DNA of 64,000 nucleotides from Macrostomum hystrix. Lineage: Eukaryota > Animalia > Platyhelminthes. The notes under the pieces were generated by a model. It was not told where the DNA came from, made no database searches, and saw nothing but the letters and a program-made list of their open reading frames with translations. Position numbers and translations under genes: made by a program. Below are positions 62,300 through 64,000 of this stretch, one piece after another; positions within the stretch are counted from its first letter, which is position 1; every line of letters begins with the position of its first letter. The DNA lies in the NCBI GenBank assembly GCA_950097015.1, contig CATNEN010000029.1, positions 6,324,001-6,388,000 on the forward strand, written 5' to 3'.

Positions 62300-63245
62300 A
62301 GTCTCTCCACCTGTCTCCATCCATATCTCCACCTGTCTCTATCCATATCTCTACCTGTCTCTATCCATATCTCTGCCTGTCTCTATGCATATCTCCACCT
62401 GTCTCTATCCATATCTCTACCTGTCTCTATCCATATCTCTGCCTGTCTCTATGCATATCTCTACCTGTCTCTATGCATATCTCCACCTGTCTCTATCCAT
62501 ATCTCTACCTGTCTCTATCCATATCTCTACCTGTCTCTATCCATATCTCTACCTGTCTCTATCCATATCTCTACCTGTCTCTATCCATATCTCTACCTGT
62601 CTCTATCCATATCTCTACCTGTCTCTATCCATATCTCTACCTGTCTCTATTCATATCTCTACCTGTCTCTATGCATATCTCTACCTGTCTCTGTCCATAT
62701 CTCTACCTGTCTCCATACATATCTCTACCTGTCTCCATCCATATCTCTACCTGTCTCCATACATATCTCTACCTGTCTCCATTCATATCTCTACCTGTCT
62801 CCATCCATATCTCTACCTGTCTCCATCCATATCTCCACCTGTCTCCATCCATATCTCTACCTGTCTCCATCCATATCTCTACCTGTCTCCATCCATATCT
62901 CTACCTGTCTCTATCCATATCTCTACCTGTCTCTATGCATATCTCTACCTGTCTCCATCCATATCTCTACCTGTCTCCATCCATATCTCTACCTGTCTCC
63001 ATCCATATCTCTACCTGTCTCCATCCATATCTCTACCTGTCTCTATGCATATCTCTACCTGTCTCCATCCATATCTCTACCTGTCTCCATCCATATCTCT
63101 ACCTGTCTCCATACATATCTCTACCTGTCTCCATACATATCTCTACCTGTCTCTATGCATATCTCTACCTGTCTCTATCCATATCTCTACCTGTCTCTAT
63201 GCATATCTCTACCTTCTCTATCCATATCTCTACCTGTCTTCATCC
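62300..63245. repeat. 22-bp pyrimidine-rich minisatellite (CCATATCTCTACCTGTCTCTAT)
   Basis: Direct periodicity. Confidence 0.93.
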
Positions 63246-63492
63246 ATAACTAATTCTTCAATATTATTTTCAAAGGAAAATGAGATTTCTGTACTTTAAG
63301 GCTAGATGTATATTATTTGTTTAGAATTATAATCAATCATGATTGAACTTAGGACAACATTAAAAGAGGAACATGACAAAAAGATTTTATTTTGGGACAC
63401 GAGTTCTAGAAAGGCTTTGATTAAAGTGCTTAAGTGTAAAAAAAGTTGTTAAAGAACTCATAAAATTTCACAAATCCTAAGATCCCACCTCT

Positions 63493-64000
63493 AATAGCCC
63501 TACAATCCCATAGCTAATATACCTACAATCCCATAGCTAATAGCCCTACAATCCAATAGCTAATAGCCCTACAATCCCATAGCTAATGTACCTACAATCC
63601 CATAGCTAATATACCTACAATCCCATAGCTAATATACCTACAATCCCATAGCTAATATACCTACAATCCCATAGCTAATATACCTACAATCCCATAGCTA
63701 ATATACCTACAATCCCATAGCTAATATACCTACAATCCCATAGCTAATCGCCTACAATCCCATAGCTAATATCCCTACAATCCCATAGCTAATACACCTA
63801 CAATCCCATAGCTAATCGCCTACAATCCCATAGCTAATATACCTACAATCCCATAGCTAATATACCTACAATCCCATAGCTAATATCCCTACAATCCCAT
63901 AGCTAATATACCTACAATCCCATAGCTAATCGCCTACAATCCCATAACTAATATACCTACAATCCCATAGCTAATACACCTACAATCCCATAGCTAATCG
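63493..64000. repeat. 22-23-bp minisatellite (CCTACAATCCCATAGCTAATATA), runs to the window edge
   Basis: Direct periodicity. Confidence 0.93.

Overview
Metazoan genomic DNA with GC-rich, Gln/Ala/Gly-rich exons and AT-rich GT-AG introns. About 24 kb (~38%, summed by hand) is tandem minisatellite. The style suggests a free-living flatworm such as Macrostomum (inference only). Three spliced genes can be rebuilt with consistent phases: CTDNEP1/Dullard phosphatase (minus, 12121-16706), a C1orf87-like EF-hand-like protein (plus, 19514-33329, start not found) and a BRSK/SAD-1 kinase (plus, 35177-53163, or to 59518 via an alternative last exon). An orphan signal-peptide exon lies at 2738-2864 (minus). 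An intact two-ORF non-LTR retrotransposon (APE, RT, RNase H; LOA/R1-like; 25020-31082, minus) sits inside an intronic 20-bp minisatellite. Two tRNA-headed SINE families occur in kinase introns. Best leads: (1) one SINE family shares its 3' stem-loop with the LINE 3' UTR; (2) the LINE begins with a pseudoknotted 5' domain whose first 9 nt match its target satellite; (3) ORF1 and ORF2 are in frame, separated by one UAG; (4) a satellite is built from a kinase exon end plus its splice donor (29 donor copies); (5) a hidden last exon beyond a 6.2-kb satellite adds a PDZ-type C-terminus. There are no CRISPR arrays, rRNA genes or intact tRNA genes. All homology calls are by eye; no search was run.
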